Assembly: GCF_002571385.2 (NCBI RefSeq)
Contig: NW_019217810.1
Coordinates: forward strand, 383,609 to 447,608
Origin: Stylophora pistillata
Taxonomy: Eukaryota
Reading direction: 5' to 3'
Length of the DNA: 64,000 nucleotides
Shown one piece after another: positions 1 to 11,096 of the stretch (position 1 is its first letter; the number at the start of each line of letters is the position of its first letter). The position numbers and the translations under genes are program-made. Under the pieces are notes generated by a model that made no database searches, was not told the origin of the DNA, and saw only the letters and a program-made list of their open reading frames with translations.

Positions 1-395
1 TATGGGAGGGGGGGGGTGGCAATGGGACAGTGACTGCCGATCAATTGCCAGTGAAGGGGGGGATCGTAAGAATATCACAGAACTTTATTCGGGGGATCAG
101 GTAAATTTCATCATAGCACAACCAAAATCCGCCGATTTCTTTCCCCCCCCCCTCCTTTCCTCAGGCGATAGACAATGACCGGTCCTTTGGTCATCTGTTT
201 TATCTTTCCTTACTGTGATCTGTATCACTTCATATAACCACCCGTTGACTCCTGATTCAAGTTTTAGCCGTAAATGCAGACGGTTCTTGCTATAGTTTCG
301 AACTTCGATTCTCTTTTAAGTGAAATATTATTTCCTAAAGTCTTCCATAAGAGCAAGCTACAATTAGCGGAATGAATCGAAAGTAGGATACTCAC

Positions 396-1144
396 CTGTC
401 TAAATCATCCACAGGTTTGCCCTTCCCACCAAGTCCACAAAAGCAGCCATAACCATTGAAATCGATGGGATTTCTCTCAGTGAACTTATAAACCAACAAG
501 CCAAAATTGATAATGTTTCTTTTGGTGGCACTGTCATTACCGTCTTTGATTCGGCATGAAGAAAAATACCAAGTCAGATAAAAGCAAAATCAAGAGAAAT
601 TACAAACAAAAACAGAATCAAAACTAAATGCTGAAACAGATTTATCATCAAAAAATACTTCTTTTATGAGAAAACCAGAAGCTGGATGACCTGCACTTGG
701 TTATAAATTATATTTATTTAATCACTTCAGTTGGGGAAACATAATGCCCTTCTCATTGGCTTTGAAGACCTTTTCTGGGGTGTTACGAAGAAAACGAAAT
801 CTTTTCCTCATCTGCAAATATTCCTGTCATTATTTGAACAGATGGGATCATATCCTCAGTTTAAAGTTACTTTTGTTGTGAAGACTGGCATTTGCAATTG
901 ATTGGTGAAAAGAAGATCGTAAGTCAAACCAAGAGCGAAATTACATCCAAACATCGTATACCGTATTATGATAGTTTGAAGCCCATTGTTTCATTAGAGA
1001 TGGAATCCTCTAATAGATCTGAAGTCCATTAAGAAAACAAAGACAATGTTACTTAAAAGATGTTCAGATATGATTGAATTTTTTACCTCCACTTGCAATG
1101 ACTCCCAACAGTATTGGCCAAAGCAAAAGTGAGTTGCTTCCCAT
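396..1144 (-). CDS. Secreted phospholipase A2 (copy 1), 5' part; remaining exons expected left of the window
   Basis: Exon 1144-1087 encodes the signal peptide [19 protein letters not shown] (phase-1 GT donor). Exon 543-396 encodes [50 protein letters not shown], with the sPLA2 Ca2+-loop YGCxCGxGG. This exon has the same 148-nt length and phases as copy 2. An extra small propeptide exon between them cannot be excluded. Confidence 0.85.
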
Positions 1145-2626
1145 AGCTTAACTTTAGTTCTTGTAAGGATTTTAAGAGAAATTTTCAATCTAAAACCAAA
1201 GAGGCCGTAACCTCTTATTAGTGATTCATTGAACAGTTCTAGCTTCGTTTCAGTATATCAAATGCCCCAACTCTTTCTTTGCATAAAATGGCTTAAGAGT
1301 AATGTTGATTTTCCAAGCCTTTATCATAATGACATAATTAAAGATTTGTTTCCTATACAATGCTACGTACTGCATACCAAAACTTAAATAGAAAAAATTC
1401 AACTCAGTTGATTTTCAATGGAAAAACTTAAATGCCATTAGGTATGTCGGGAAAAAAGAAACGAAAATACAAACAGACGAAAAAACGCCAAAGATTGGAA
1501 AAAAACGGCAAGTTGCTATTTCGATTCTTACTGCACCAGCGATTTAGTTAAAACGAAAAGCTTTGGATGTTGAAATAGTCTAAGACCTCAACAAAGACTG
1601 TTATAATACAAAAAAATGAATAAATAAATAAAAAAGAAACATAATATATACTGCTAATTAGCAGCTTATTCCACTAACCTCAATGTGTTGCTTCCTCTGC
1701 TCTGATTTAACTAAAAAATTTGATTATTATATTTTCCTTATTTACGTAACCCTTCTTTTTCCAAAAATATATTGCATATTTCAAATGACATAAAACCACT
1801 GAATGGACTACCCGAGCAATAGAGTTACCTGCAGTGAACAGTAGCACTTAGATTTTGTCATTGCCCTGATGGCAGGTAATTTCAGGTAGACCTTAGGTTA
1901 TCATTCATAAACTTGGCAGCCTCTTGCATCAACCATGGCACTGAATGGTGCTCTATGTATGTTCTAAGTAAAAAGACACTGGCGCCTTGATGTATAGCAG
2001 GCACCAACAGTCCTGGTCAGAAGCTTAGGACTCCTTCAGAAGTTTCCAGTCAAAAGAAGGAGGAAGTAGGAGAACTGCCCAACGAAAAGAACGCACTACT
2101 TATGCTAGATTTAAAAGACCGGTTGCGAACGTCATCGGCAAATCAAATTTAAAGATTTACGAATGTGGTCGAAGGAGATACCAGGAAGCAAGTCAATTCC
2201 AATACTGTATGATCATGATTTAAAAGTATAGACGTAAAACAGTAGACCCTGTAGCAGTCTCTATGTTTTTTTTTTTTTAAACATATTGCAATTTTTGACA
2301 CGTTTCCAAACCTAATGAACCCAAGCGGGGCACGATTACCTCGTCTATGCCCAAGAAAAAAATCTCGGTAAGAGACTTGACACATGCCTCGAGTTTACGC
2401 GCGGTCCCTATCCACCACATTTTGAAAAGAGGATTTGGTACGTTATAGATTTTTAACACCATCCATGTTCAGCAAATTCATGTAAGACTAACACAATGTC
2501 TGAAGAAGGATATTGTCTTGGCGTAAATGTTTTATTAGAACTAACTTTAACAGAGGCGCGATAGAGTCACCGGCAGAACAAAGAAGTGTCCTTCTTTGAA
2601 CTGTACATGTATTCGACTCGTTCTTT

Positions 2627-5243
2627 CTAGCAGTACTTCTGCGAGTAATTTTTATATCTCCGATCATAATGACTCCTGGCAAAGCATCTGGCCGCTTCGG
2701 CATCACATTTGCACAACAAATATCGACACCATTTAAAATACCAATAGTAGGAAGGCGGTTCTGTGGAAGAAAATTATTTAGATTGTTAAAATCATAAAAA
2801 GAAAATAAACGATTTTGATCTTCGAATATAGGCGTAAAGATAACAAAACGTAAATGGTTTATTTGGTTGTCATCGAACTGCCGTTTTCCCAATTCTCCAT
2901 CAGCCGTCACTTTTCATGAGTTTGTGTTGCATATCTATCGCAATCAGATCAGTAATTGAGGATAAGAAATTCATGTAATTGCTTCACGGGAAAGAAACTG
3001 CGGTAAGCTCCAGTTTCGTTGGTCAACCCTCGCCCACAAGTTATCTCTCCTCAAGGTCCTTTTCAGCCACAAGTCATCTCGCCTAAAGGTCAGTTTCGCC
3101 CACTGGTCATTTCGCCAACTGATCAGTTTCGCCTATAAGTCATCCCGCCTACGGTTTGCTTCAACCACAGGTCATTTCGCGTACAGGCACGTTTCGCCTA
3201 TAAGTCGTCTCGCCTACGGGTTGGTTCACCCGCAATTCATCTCGTCTGCATGTTCATTTCGCGCACAAGTCATTTCGCCTGAAGATAAGTTTCACCTACA
3301 GTTTGACTGGCCTATGGTTTGGTTCGCCCACAAGTCATTTTGCGCAAAGGTAACTATTGCTTACAAGTCGTCTGGCTTGCGGGTTGACTCGCCCACAAGT
3401 CGCCCAGTCTCTCGTACCTGGCACTCATTTCAGAACTTTGGCATTACTTCAATTACTATATGAAATACAAAAAAAAAACAAACAAAAAAACAAAACAAAA
3501 CAAAAAAACTGGTGAAGCTCGATGGAATAGATAAAAACACTAAAGGTTGTCCAATGAAACAACATGGTTTAACTTACTACACTTCAATGGTCTCCTTTTT
3601 TCAGTGGAATATGGCAGAGTGTACACAGCTTTCTTAAATGGACAGACGTCGGACTGGAGTTTGTTATAACACATGTCATGGACATAGCAACACCTGAGAA
3701 CAAACAGAACGGGACTTAAGTGTCTTAAATGCGAGGTAGAAAAGTTAAACTTTTTAGTAAAAACAAGGCGAGTGAAGGCAAATTGAACAGCTCAAAGTTG
3801 GGTCTAGGTAAGAATTCGCACAACACGCCCAGGTATCAGGCTGTTAATCTCCTTAAAACTTCACTGGCAATCCTGTAGCTGAAGGGTAAGCGTGCTAGAC
3901 TTATTATGTGGAGGTCCAGGGAACCGTTTCTCGAAAGTCCCGGTAAATTATCGGGCCAGGGACCCGTTTCTCGAAAGTCCCGGTAACTTAACGGGCCCGA
4001 AGCCATGTTTTAAAATCAAAATTCAAAGAATAGGGAAGAATGTTCTGGCACCCAAAACAAGTCCTTCTTGTTTCTTTAACTGATAGTTTTATTGTATCAT
4101 TTTCAAAACTTTTGAAATCTTCATCTTGAAAGAAAACATAACAGCTTTACGGGTCCGTTAAGTTACCGGGACCTTCGAGAAACGGGCCCCAGGACTCAGA
4201 GGGTTCCAATTGGGTTAACGGTGAGCCGCCAAACGGTATAAAATGTAGGTGTCAACCGTCAAGAGTGATATTTTCTTGACGTTTCCACTTCAAAAAGCAG
4301 CTTTATATTAACCAGTAACGGTTACAAGGTTCTTGTTGATCTCGCTACTTTAGCTGCTCGTCACGAACATTTCTTATTTGTTAGAATTAGCATTTCGAAG
4401 AGGGAAAGCGAAATATTCACTGTATAAGTTTTTGGATACTCACCTGTCCAAATCATCCACGGGTTGCCCCTTCCCACCATAACCACACCAGCAGCCATAA
4501 CCAATGAAATCCCTAACTCCTCTTCCAGTAACTTTATGTATCATCTTCGCAAAATCCAACAAATTTCTCTTAGTAGCATTGTCAAATCCGCCTGATATCA
4601 GAAATGGGATATAACACTCATTTTACATTTTATGCAAACATTTGTTAGTTAACGAATGATGACATAATTCATGCGGGGTAACGATGAATTGATTTCGGAG
4701 ACTTCTGTATATCTTTTCTTTTCATCTGTTATGTAGAAAAAACAATTCGTTAAACAAATACTTCTGTTGAGTTTCTTTTGCCAAATCCCATGTAGTATAC
4801 TTACAAACAGAATCATATTCCCTATAGCAACTGCTGGTAAAAGAACTGACATTGAGCTGTTTGATAGCATGTCATAGCGCAGTTCTAAGTACGAAGACCA
4901 TTTTGGCGATAACTTTGTCATGTTCTTCCACCAGAAGACACCTTTGAGCCGAGCATCAATAATCTTTTTATTAATCGATGTTAAAACGTACAAATACATT
5001 TCATACTTTTTCGTCGTACATGTAGCTGTACACATATGATAGTTTCTCCTGAGGCTGGAGCGTAGGTCTTCAAATGATTATATTTCATATTCAACAGGTA
5101 CTTGTCAAATTATCATATTCGTATTATTTTATTTCACCTCTGTCATTCAATAGACTTCGCACACGGCCAGGGTCTTCAAGGGCAGTCTTGACAACAATGG
5201 CGCCAACTATTATTGAGATCACCAAAATCAACTTGATTCCCAT
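2627..5243 (-). CDS. Secreted prepro-phospholipase A2 (copy 2), complete, 167 aa, 4 exons
   Basis: Exons 5243-5138, 4591-4444, 3693-3578 and 2760-2627 (504 nt, all GT-AG, phases consistent). Signal MGIKLILVISIIVGAIVV, propeptide ending ATKR, Ca-loop YGCWCGYGG, catalytic CCYVHDMCY, LCKCDAEAARCF; 12 Cys in the mature part. Confidence 0.95.
3001..3406. repeat. Degenerate ~18-19 bp tandem array (gtcatttcgcc-type), probably one arm of a non-autonomous DNA transposon, in PLA2 intron 3
   Basis: About 20 imperfect units of (g/a)gtca(t/g)ttcgcc(t/c)ac. It starts with CGGTAA, the complement of the end (ttaccg) of the related element at 30195-30960. Confidence 0.65.
3917..4193. mobile_element. PIF/Harbinger-like MITE with a duplicated left end, in PLA2 intron 2
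   Basis: TIR GGACCCGTTTCTCGAAAGTCCCGGTAACTTAACGGGCCC pairs with GGGTCCGTTAAGTTACCGGGACCTTCGAGAAACGGGCCC; CAG on both flanks. An extra left-TIR copy lies at ~3917-3956. Confidence 0.75.
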
Positions 5244-5521
5244 AGTGTGCTGTAATGTAGTAATTTTACGAAAAATGGTTACTTATAGACCCCAACCCGG
5301 GAAACTGTGCCGAAATCCTCTAATTTACTCATTTGGCAAATCGGACTTTATTGGCGAGAACTTCGAACACTTATCATGTTGAAGAGAACCTCCACTCTTT
5401 TTACAAGTAGCGCTCAAAATTTTAGTGAATATGTTACAGATCTTCCTCATCAGTTGGAGCTGGAGCGCTCTTGAAACGAAGAGAGACAAGAAAGTGTAGT
5501 GGAGGATGATGATTATGGAGA

Positions 5522-5811
5522 NNNNNNNNNNNNNNNNNNNNNNNNNNNNNNNNNNNNNNNNNNNNNNNNNNNNNNNNNNNNNNNNNNNNNNNNNNNNNNN
5601 NNNNNNNNNNNNNNNNNNNNNNNNNNNNNNNNNNNNNNNNNNNNNNNNNNNNNNNNNNNNNNNNNNNNNNNNNNNNNNNNNNNNNNNNNNNNNNNNNNNN
5701 NNNNNNNNNNNNNNNNNNNNNNNNNNNNNNNNNNNNNNNNNNNNNNNNNNNNNNNNNNNNNNNNNNNNNNNNNNNNNNNNNNNNNNNNNNNNNNNNNNNN
5801 NNNNNNNNNNN
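5522..5811. other. Assembly gap (290 N)
   Basis: Run of n characters. Confidence 1.
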
Positions 5812-6479
5812 AAAGTTAAACTAATCTAGTAATACAGGAGAGGTAACATTTACTCAGAAAACTAAAGAGCTAATCGAGCTGAGTAAAATTAAGTAATGTT
5901 TACGTATAAAAGGTAGGTTGGCACTAAAGCTTGAGCTAAGCAGTTAATAGTTCAATAAAAGGAAAAGAAAAAAAGAATATATAAATAAATAAGAGAATAA
6001 ATGAATAAATATGTACCAGTTGAATCATGAACAGTAAGTCTGTAAGATGTTAAACTTGACTTTGTTTTAAACGTTTTTAAGGGGGAGGTGTTTAATGCTC
6101 TCATCAACTGTGAAAATGTCGATCGCCGATCGAACACTTCGTGGTACTTATGGCTCCAACTGATCACTAAAATTTTCTTCAGACAACAGCAATACAACAT
6201 CAATAAGAGTGAAACACGACACTGCGATTGCACCGAGCAACCATTACACGACATCAGAGTGCATTGCGCACTATTCCAGATGGCGACCCCAGGAAATCCG
6301 AAGTGGCTGTTACACCCTTCTTTGGAAAACGATTAAAAATCAGATCGCTTGGTAAGGTAATTTTTAATGCCAGATCCATTGAGAAGTATATTTCGAACAT
6401 TTTAAGCGTTATCTGTAAAAAGAGTGGAGTAAAAAAAAGTACACGAACCAAGTGGCCCATATAGCTGACACTTGATTTG

Positions 6480-6725
6480 GTTTCTGAGCACTAATAGGTG
6501 TTTAGGAATATTGTTCTTTTCTCTGAATGGTATGGTAGTCAATCGCAGCTGAACCCCTGAATTTTCTTCAGGCTCCCTTGAGAACTCGCCGATACCTATA
6601 ACACTCCTGAGAGAAGAGAGGCACTATGAGGGTAGAATGGCTTGTTCAAGAAGGCTAAAGAAGGCCAGGGCTCCACGCTAAACCACCCTATTCGGAGATC
6701 ATGGCACAAACAAATAGGCTACACA
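6480..6725 (-). mobile_element. Degenerate tRNA-derived SINE
   Basis: Body motifs (gaatggtatggtagtcaatcgcag ... gagaggcactatgag ... gccagggctc) are shared with the copy at 44840-45115 and the head fragment at ~40040-40120. Confidence 0.5.
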
Positions 6726-7982
6726 GTCAGTTAGTTCCTCGCGATCGGTTACTGATTAATTTGAAATTTTGATTGTTCATGCCAAAACTACAACATAGTG
6801 GCTTTTATCAACAATTACGATCATTTCAATGAACGACCTCGAAAACCCTTGACACCTGTGTGATTCTGTAATGATAAGCAGTTCTCATTCTAATTTAAAG
6901 TGGTCTTATCTTTCGATGACTCAGGAAAGCTGAGACCTGTACCCTCGAATTCAATTCATTACAAAGTAGATTAACCTTCCCTTCCCCTTGCAAAACTGAT
7001 CATTCTCGATCTATAAATAAGAAATTTGGGTTTAAGTTGACTCTGCGTCTTTGGTTTACAGACAAAGACTCGAAATGATGAAGAAGAAAACGAGAGATAA
7101 GAAAAGGAAACAAACAAATTCCAGTTTTGCAAAACCTAAAGAATTTTTGTCAACAGGCAAGTGAGACACTTGGTCCCTTGAAACTAATTACGAAAACTAA
7201 TTTAAAACAGCAAGATCTTGTTGGCCGGATATCTAACTTGTATATCTGAAAGCAATGCCAGGACGACCAGAAGCTTTTAAAAGATAAAAGAAATTCGAGA
7301 ATCGTGCGATAAACATTGAATTCTAGGACAATCACACTGACCTTGAACCAAAGTTCGAAACTTTCTCGGGCAAATTTCTATTGGCTTGTGATTCAGTGGA
7401 GAAAGAACGTTAAATAAGCCTCCTCTTTTATCCGTTCGTCAAATGAAAAAACAAAAGCTATGAAATTTTATAGCCGGGTAATGGAATTACCTGACCAAAT
7501 AATGCGCGACCAAAAAATCCATTAACGAGTAAGGTTTTGCAGGTAAGTATATATTTCATCTTGGGCTAAAAATTGTTTCTTTTTCGTACCAGCTAACCTG
7601 GTTTATGCGAGTATTAAATAGATGCGCTTTCGTCGCCTAATCATTCCCAGTTGAATGGTTCTTACATAAATATAAACACATTGACTTCGATTCAGTGACT
7701 ATGAATTTGGCATTTTTCGTGGGCTAATTGTAACCGGTTGAAACTGTGAAGATGAAAACAAATACAGTTATACTAACAGAATATGATGATAAATTATTCA
7801 AAATCTAAACCGGCGTGTGTGTGACGCGGGGGGGCCTGGGTGGCTAGAAGCAATACTTGCAACGGACTGTTTATTGAAAGCTACGAATTGACATGGGATC
7901 TACTGCCAGGCCGTGACATAATTCAAAATCCTTTGCGTTACATATATAGTTTATTTTATCTCTCAGTTAGTGCGTCCTCTGT

Positions 7983-8032
7983 CAGTGGTAGATACTGACC
8001 TTTAGCCAAGGAGGGGAAGGAGGGCGATTTTT

Positions 8033-8075
<43 letters not shown>

Positions 8076-8167
8076 ACCTGCCGGCTTTTCTTCCTTCTGC
8101 GATTTTTTTTTTACCCAAAATAAGGGGGTGCCCAGGCCTTTCGGGCCCCTCCGCTAGTTTCACCATT
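7983..8167. mobile_element. hAT-like MITE containing a (TG)n microsatellite (~8037-8073)
   Basis: Degenerate inverted ends cagtggtagatact ... ctagtttcaccatt, with an internal TG run. Confidence 0.5.
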
Positions 8168-8299
8168 CACTATGATTGGTTAATTTAGCGAGCTGTAGTT
8201 GACTTTACAGCCGACTAAATTCAACGCTTGTTTGAATTGGAATCTTCTCCTTCTTTTTGAACTCAGAAATGTACAAAAGCCCTTTTCTCGGCTGTACTA

Positions 8300-9135
8300 T
8301 CACCTTCTCTTTTGAGATCCTGTCTGGGTGAACTGAGGAAGTTGTTGTTACAGAATGGTTATCCTGCTGGAGTTGTAAATTACAACATCAATGATGTTTT
8401 GAGCGGACAGCAAAACAGACCGATCAATCCAACTACCACAGTTCCCAAAAAGAAAACAGTCTTAGTTTTACCTTTTTTAGGGATGCAAAGTAAAATTGTT
8501 ACCAAACAACTTAAGACCTGCATTTATAAATTTTATAGTTGCATTGATCTTATGGTGATTTTTCAGAGTGCTCATTGTATCAAGTCCTTTTTTTCCGTAC
8601 ACTAAGATAAGATCAACCGTTCCCAAATGTCAAGGGTTGTTTATAAGGCTAGTTGTTGGGACTGCCCGGATTTTTAGACTGGAAAAACAAAACGTAGATT
8701 GCATGACAGGAAAACTGAACATTTTAAAGGTCTCACAAGTGCCTGTCATACATCTGCTATCGCAGACCACGTCACGTCAACTGGTTACAACATGAAATGG
8801 ACCACCTTGAGATATTAGACAAAAGTCGTTCTGATACTCATTGCAAGATAAAGGAGACTCTATTAATTCAACAACTTAAACCTATTCTAAACGATAATGT
8901 CAGCAGCGATAAGCTTTATCTGTATTAGTTTGCATCTTTGTATATGCAATTTTTTTCTACTCAACTTTTGTTCGTTGTTTTGTTAATCAGTTACTTATCT
9001 TAGTTACCACGTGTATTATTAACTGTCACTTCTGAAGATGTATGTAGAAACATACGAAACGTCAAGTAAAGTTTACTAATCTTGTTTTCCAACATGCGTT
9101 TTACTGTCATGTTTGTAACTGCAGTTTGTGTGCTA
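8300..9135 (+). mobile_element. 5'-truncated Penelope-like retroelement (RT C-terminus plus GIY-YIG endonuclease), degraded
   Basis: Translation with frameshifts: LLLQNGYP...LVLPFLG...SRVVYKASCWDCPDF*TGKTKRRLHDRKTEH...SAIADHVTSTG...KIKETLLIQQLKPILN, followed by a 3' region with a hammerhead motif. Confidence 0.85.
9027..9067 (+). ncRNA. Minimal type I hammerhead ribozyme in the Penelope 3' repeat
   Basis: actt-CTGAAGA-tgtatg-tagaaa-catac-GAAAC-GTC-aagt: intact core, stem I actt/aagt, stem II gtatg/catac, palindromic stem III. Confidence 0.75.
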
Positions 9136-9377
9136 TTTCTTATCAAGATACGGAACCTCCAATTTTTAGATTGCGCGCTTCGCGCTTTCATAGCCCATTA
9201 ACCAGAGCGCTAAAAAACTCAGTTACGTAACTAACAGTACGAGCCTCGAACTAGGTAAGTAGGACGTCTTTAGGACTTGAATCAGATAATTTTTTTTCCA
9301 TTTAGGGGAAATTATAAATAGGAAGGTCTAGTCCTTGGAATTTTTCCAAAAAAAAAGGTGACCTGAATTTTGGAAGC

Positions 9378-9592
9378 TTAACCCTTGACACCCCTTAAAT
9401 CAATCTGCATATTCTCCATACTCACTTCTCTATACATTTCCTAGGGTGCTGACGAGGAGAATCTGTTTTCAGTCAAGAGCTTCTTTAGTTAGTGATCAAT
9501 TCCTCTATTCTCCAGACCTTAATGTTCGATTCAGGGGTTAAATCGTAGGGAGAAAATTTGATGTTAATTACTCTAAGGGGTTAAAGAACTAA
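9378..9592. mobile_element. TTAA-flanked (piggyBac-like) MITE; related copies at ~21460-21675, ~37317-38025 (interrupted) and ~39300-39495
   Basis: ttaaccctt...ggggttaa ends and a shared internal sequence (catattctccata...gctgac(g/a)aggagaat) in several copies. Confidence 0.6.
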
Positions 9593-11096
9593 GACTTATG
9601 TGATCTGTAACAATGTTCAAGTTTTCGACTTTGGTGATAGAATTGTGTTTCGTCGTTATATGTTGTGCTTATGGAGACAGGAACCTTACTGTTTCCGCAA
9701 GCAGACAATCCAACTAGGCTAGGCCGGTACTACAGCAATATTCATTTACTTCTCCGACGATATCCAGGTAGATTGTTTTACAAGTCGTGGAGGAGTAGAA
9801 AACGGGTCAGCGAAACAGGTCAACAAAGTACGGGCGTTCTATTTGAGAATATGTGTGAATCTACCCTATCCGAGCGAAAAACAGGCCTTTTCACGTGGCT
9901 AAATATCTAACTTAGTGTCAATCAAAATAGTCAAGGAAAATCAAGTTTAAAGTTCATGGCATTAACAAAACATTTACGATTTAACGCAGATAAAGTTTTC
10001 ATTGATAAAAAAAAGGTTAATGCTGGACGAAATAAACTATTTGCACTACTTACTCGGCCGACCGTTACTTCAAAGAAAAAAACAGCCCACAGAAAGAGGG
10101 AAACTTGTGGATGCGTAATAATGGAGTAATTGGAATAATGTCAGTGCAAAGCAATGCTGTCTGGTTTATCAAACGTTGATGCTATTCCTTATTATAAACG
10201 TACACGCCTCGTAGCTACCAAAATACGATAGTTCATTAGCATGTGGTTACCAGGTTTGTAAGATGAGCAGAAGTCATCCTCACCGTGAGAATGAGAAAAA
10301 AACTCCTTTCTTGCGTGTTGAAATTTTGCATTGTTAGTTTTGGTCTCGTTCCACTTTCTCGTTTGTCTATGCTCGTACTTATACCACAACTAACAACCTT
10401 AAGAAAAATAGGATAGCGTAATAAAGTCGCAATGCCACAAGAAGCATTTAGCTTTTACATGTATTACTTTTATTGACATAAAATTTTTCGACCACGAAAG
10501 AGAGAGAGCATCCTTTGTAAGTTATATATTATTTACACTTTGATCGATATAATAGAAACCCATTTGAAAAAAGTAAGACCTCCTTCCCCTTTAGTAGATC
10601 CATGTTGGACGCATATTGGTATGCTTTTGAAAGTAAGGCTCTCTAAAATAAGAGACTAAAGCCAAGAATCGAAAAACCTTGTAACATTACGAATAAAACA
10701 AAGGGAAATTATCATTTTTCATGGTAAATCATTAATATAAACGACGAACAATGGTTCGGTTTTGTAATGCTGGAATTTACTTGTTTTCCTTTCTCAGTTT
10801 TCGTTTTCTTTTTCATTATTTGGAGTCTGTCTGTAAACCAAATTTTAACGCTTGGCTCTGGTAAACTTATGAATACTGCCACAGGAACTGAGACATATTG
10901 ATTACAAAATACGTTTGAATCCCAGTTGGATTTTTGGTAACGTTCATGGAAACACTTGGCACAGCTTCTGAGTTGTGGCAATTTTATGCGATTGACATCC
11001 AAAGGGAATCTGTTCTTTAAAAAATAATATTTTGCAGGTACATCTGTGAAATTGAAAAACCCTCGCTTCCGATGTATTTTGTCACTTGCGAGTCAA

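Noticed and set aside
2488-2910. 140-aa ORF on the - strand
   Set aside because: It overlaps PLA2 exon 4 in a different frame; the PLA2 frame explains the sequence.
3001-3406. CRISPR-like repeat array (also considered for 47.9-49 kb)
   Set aside because: Units are contiguous and degenerate with no unique spacers, there are no cas genes, and the context is a eukaryotic intron.
5499-5829. ORFs made of X residues
   Set aside because: Artefacts of the N gap.
10905-10950. Possible SECIS for gene A (ATGAacgtt...AAA...aacgt on the - strand)
   Set aside because: Helix II is short and the required 3' GA of the non-Watson-Crick quartet is missing.
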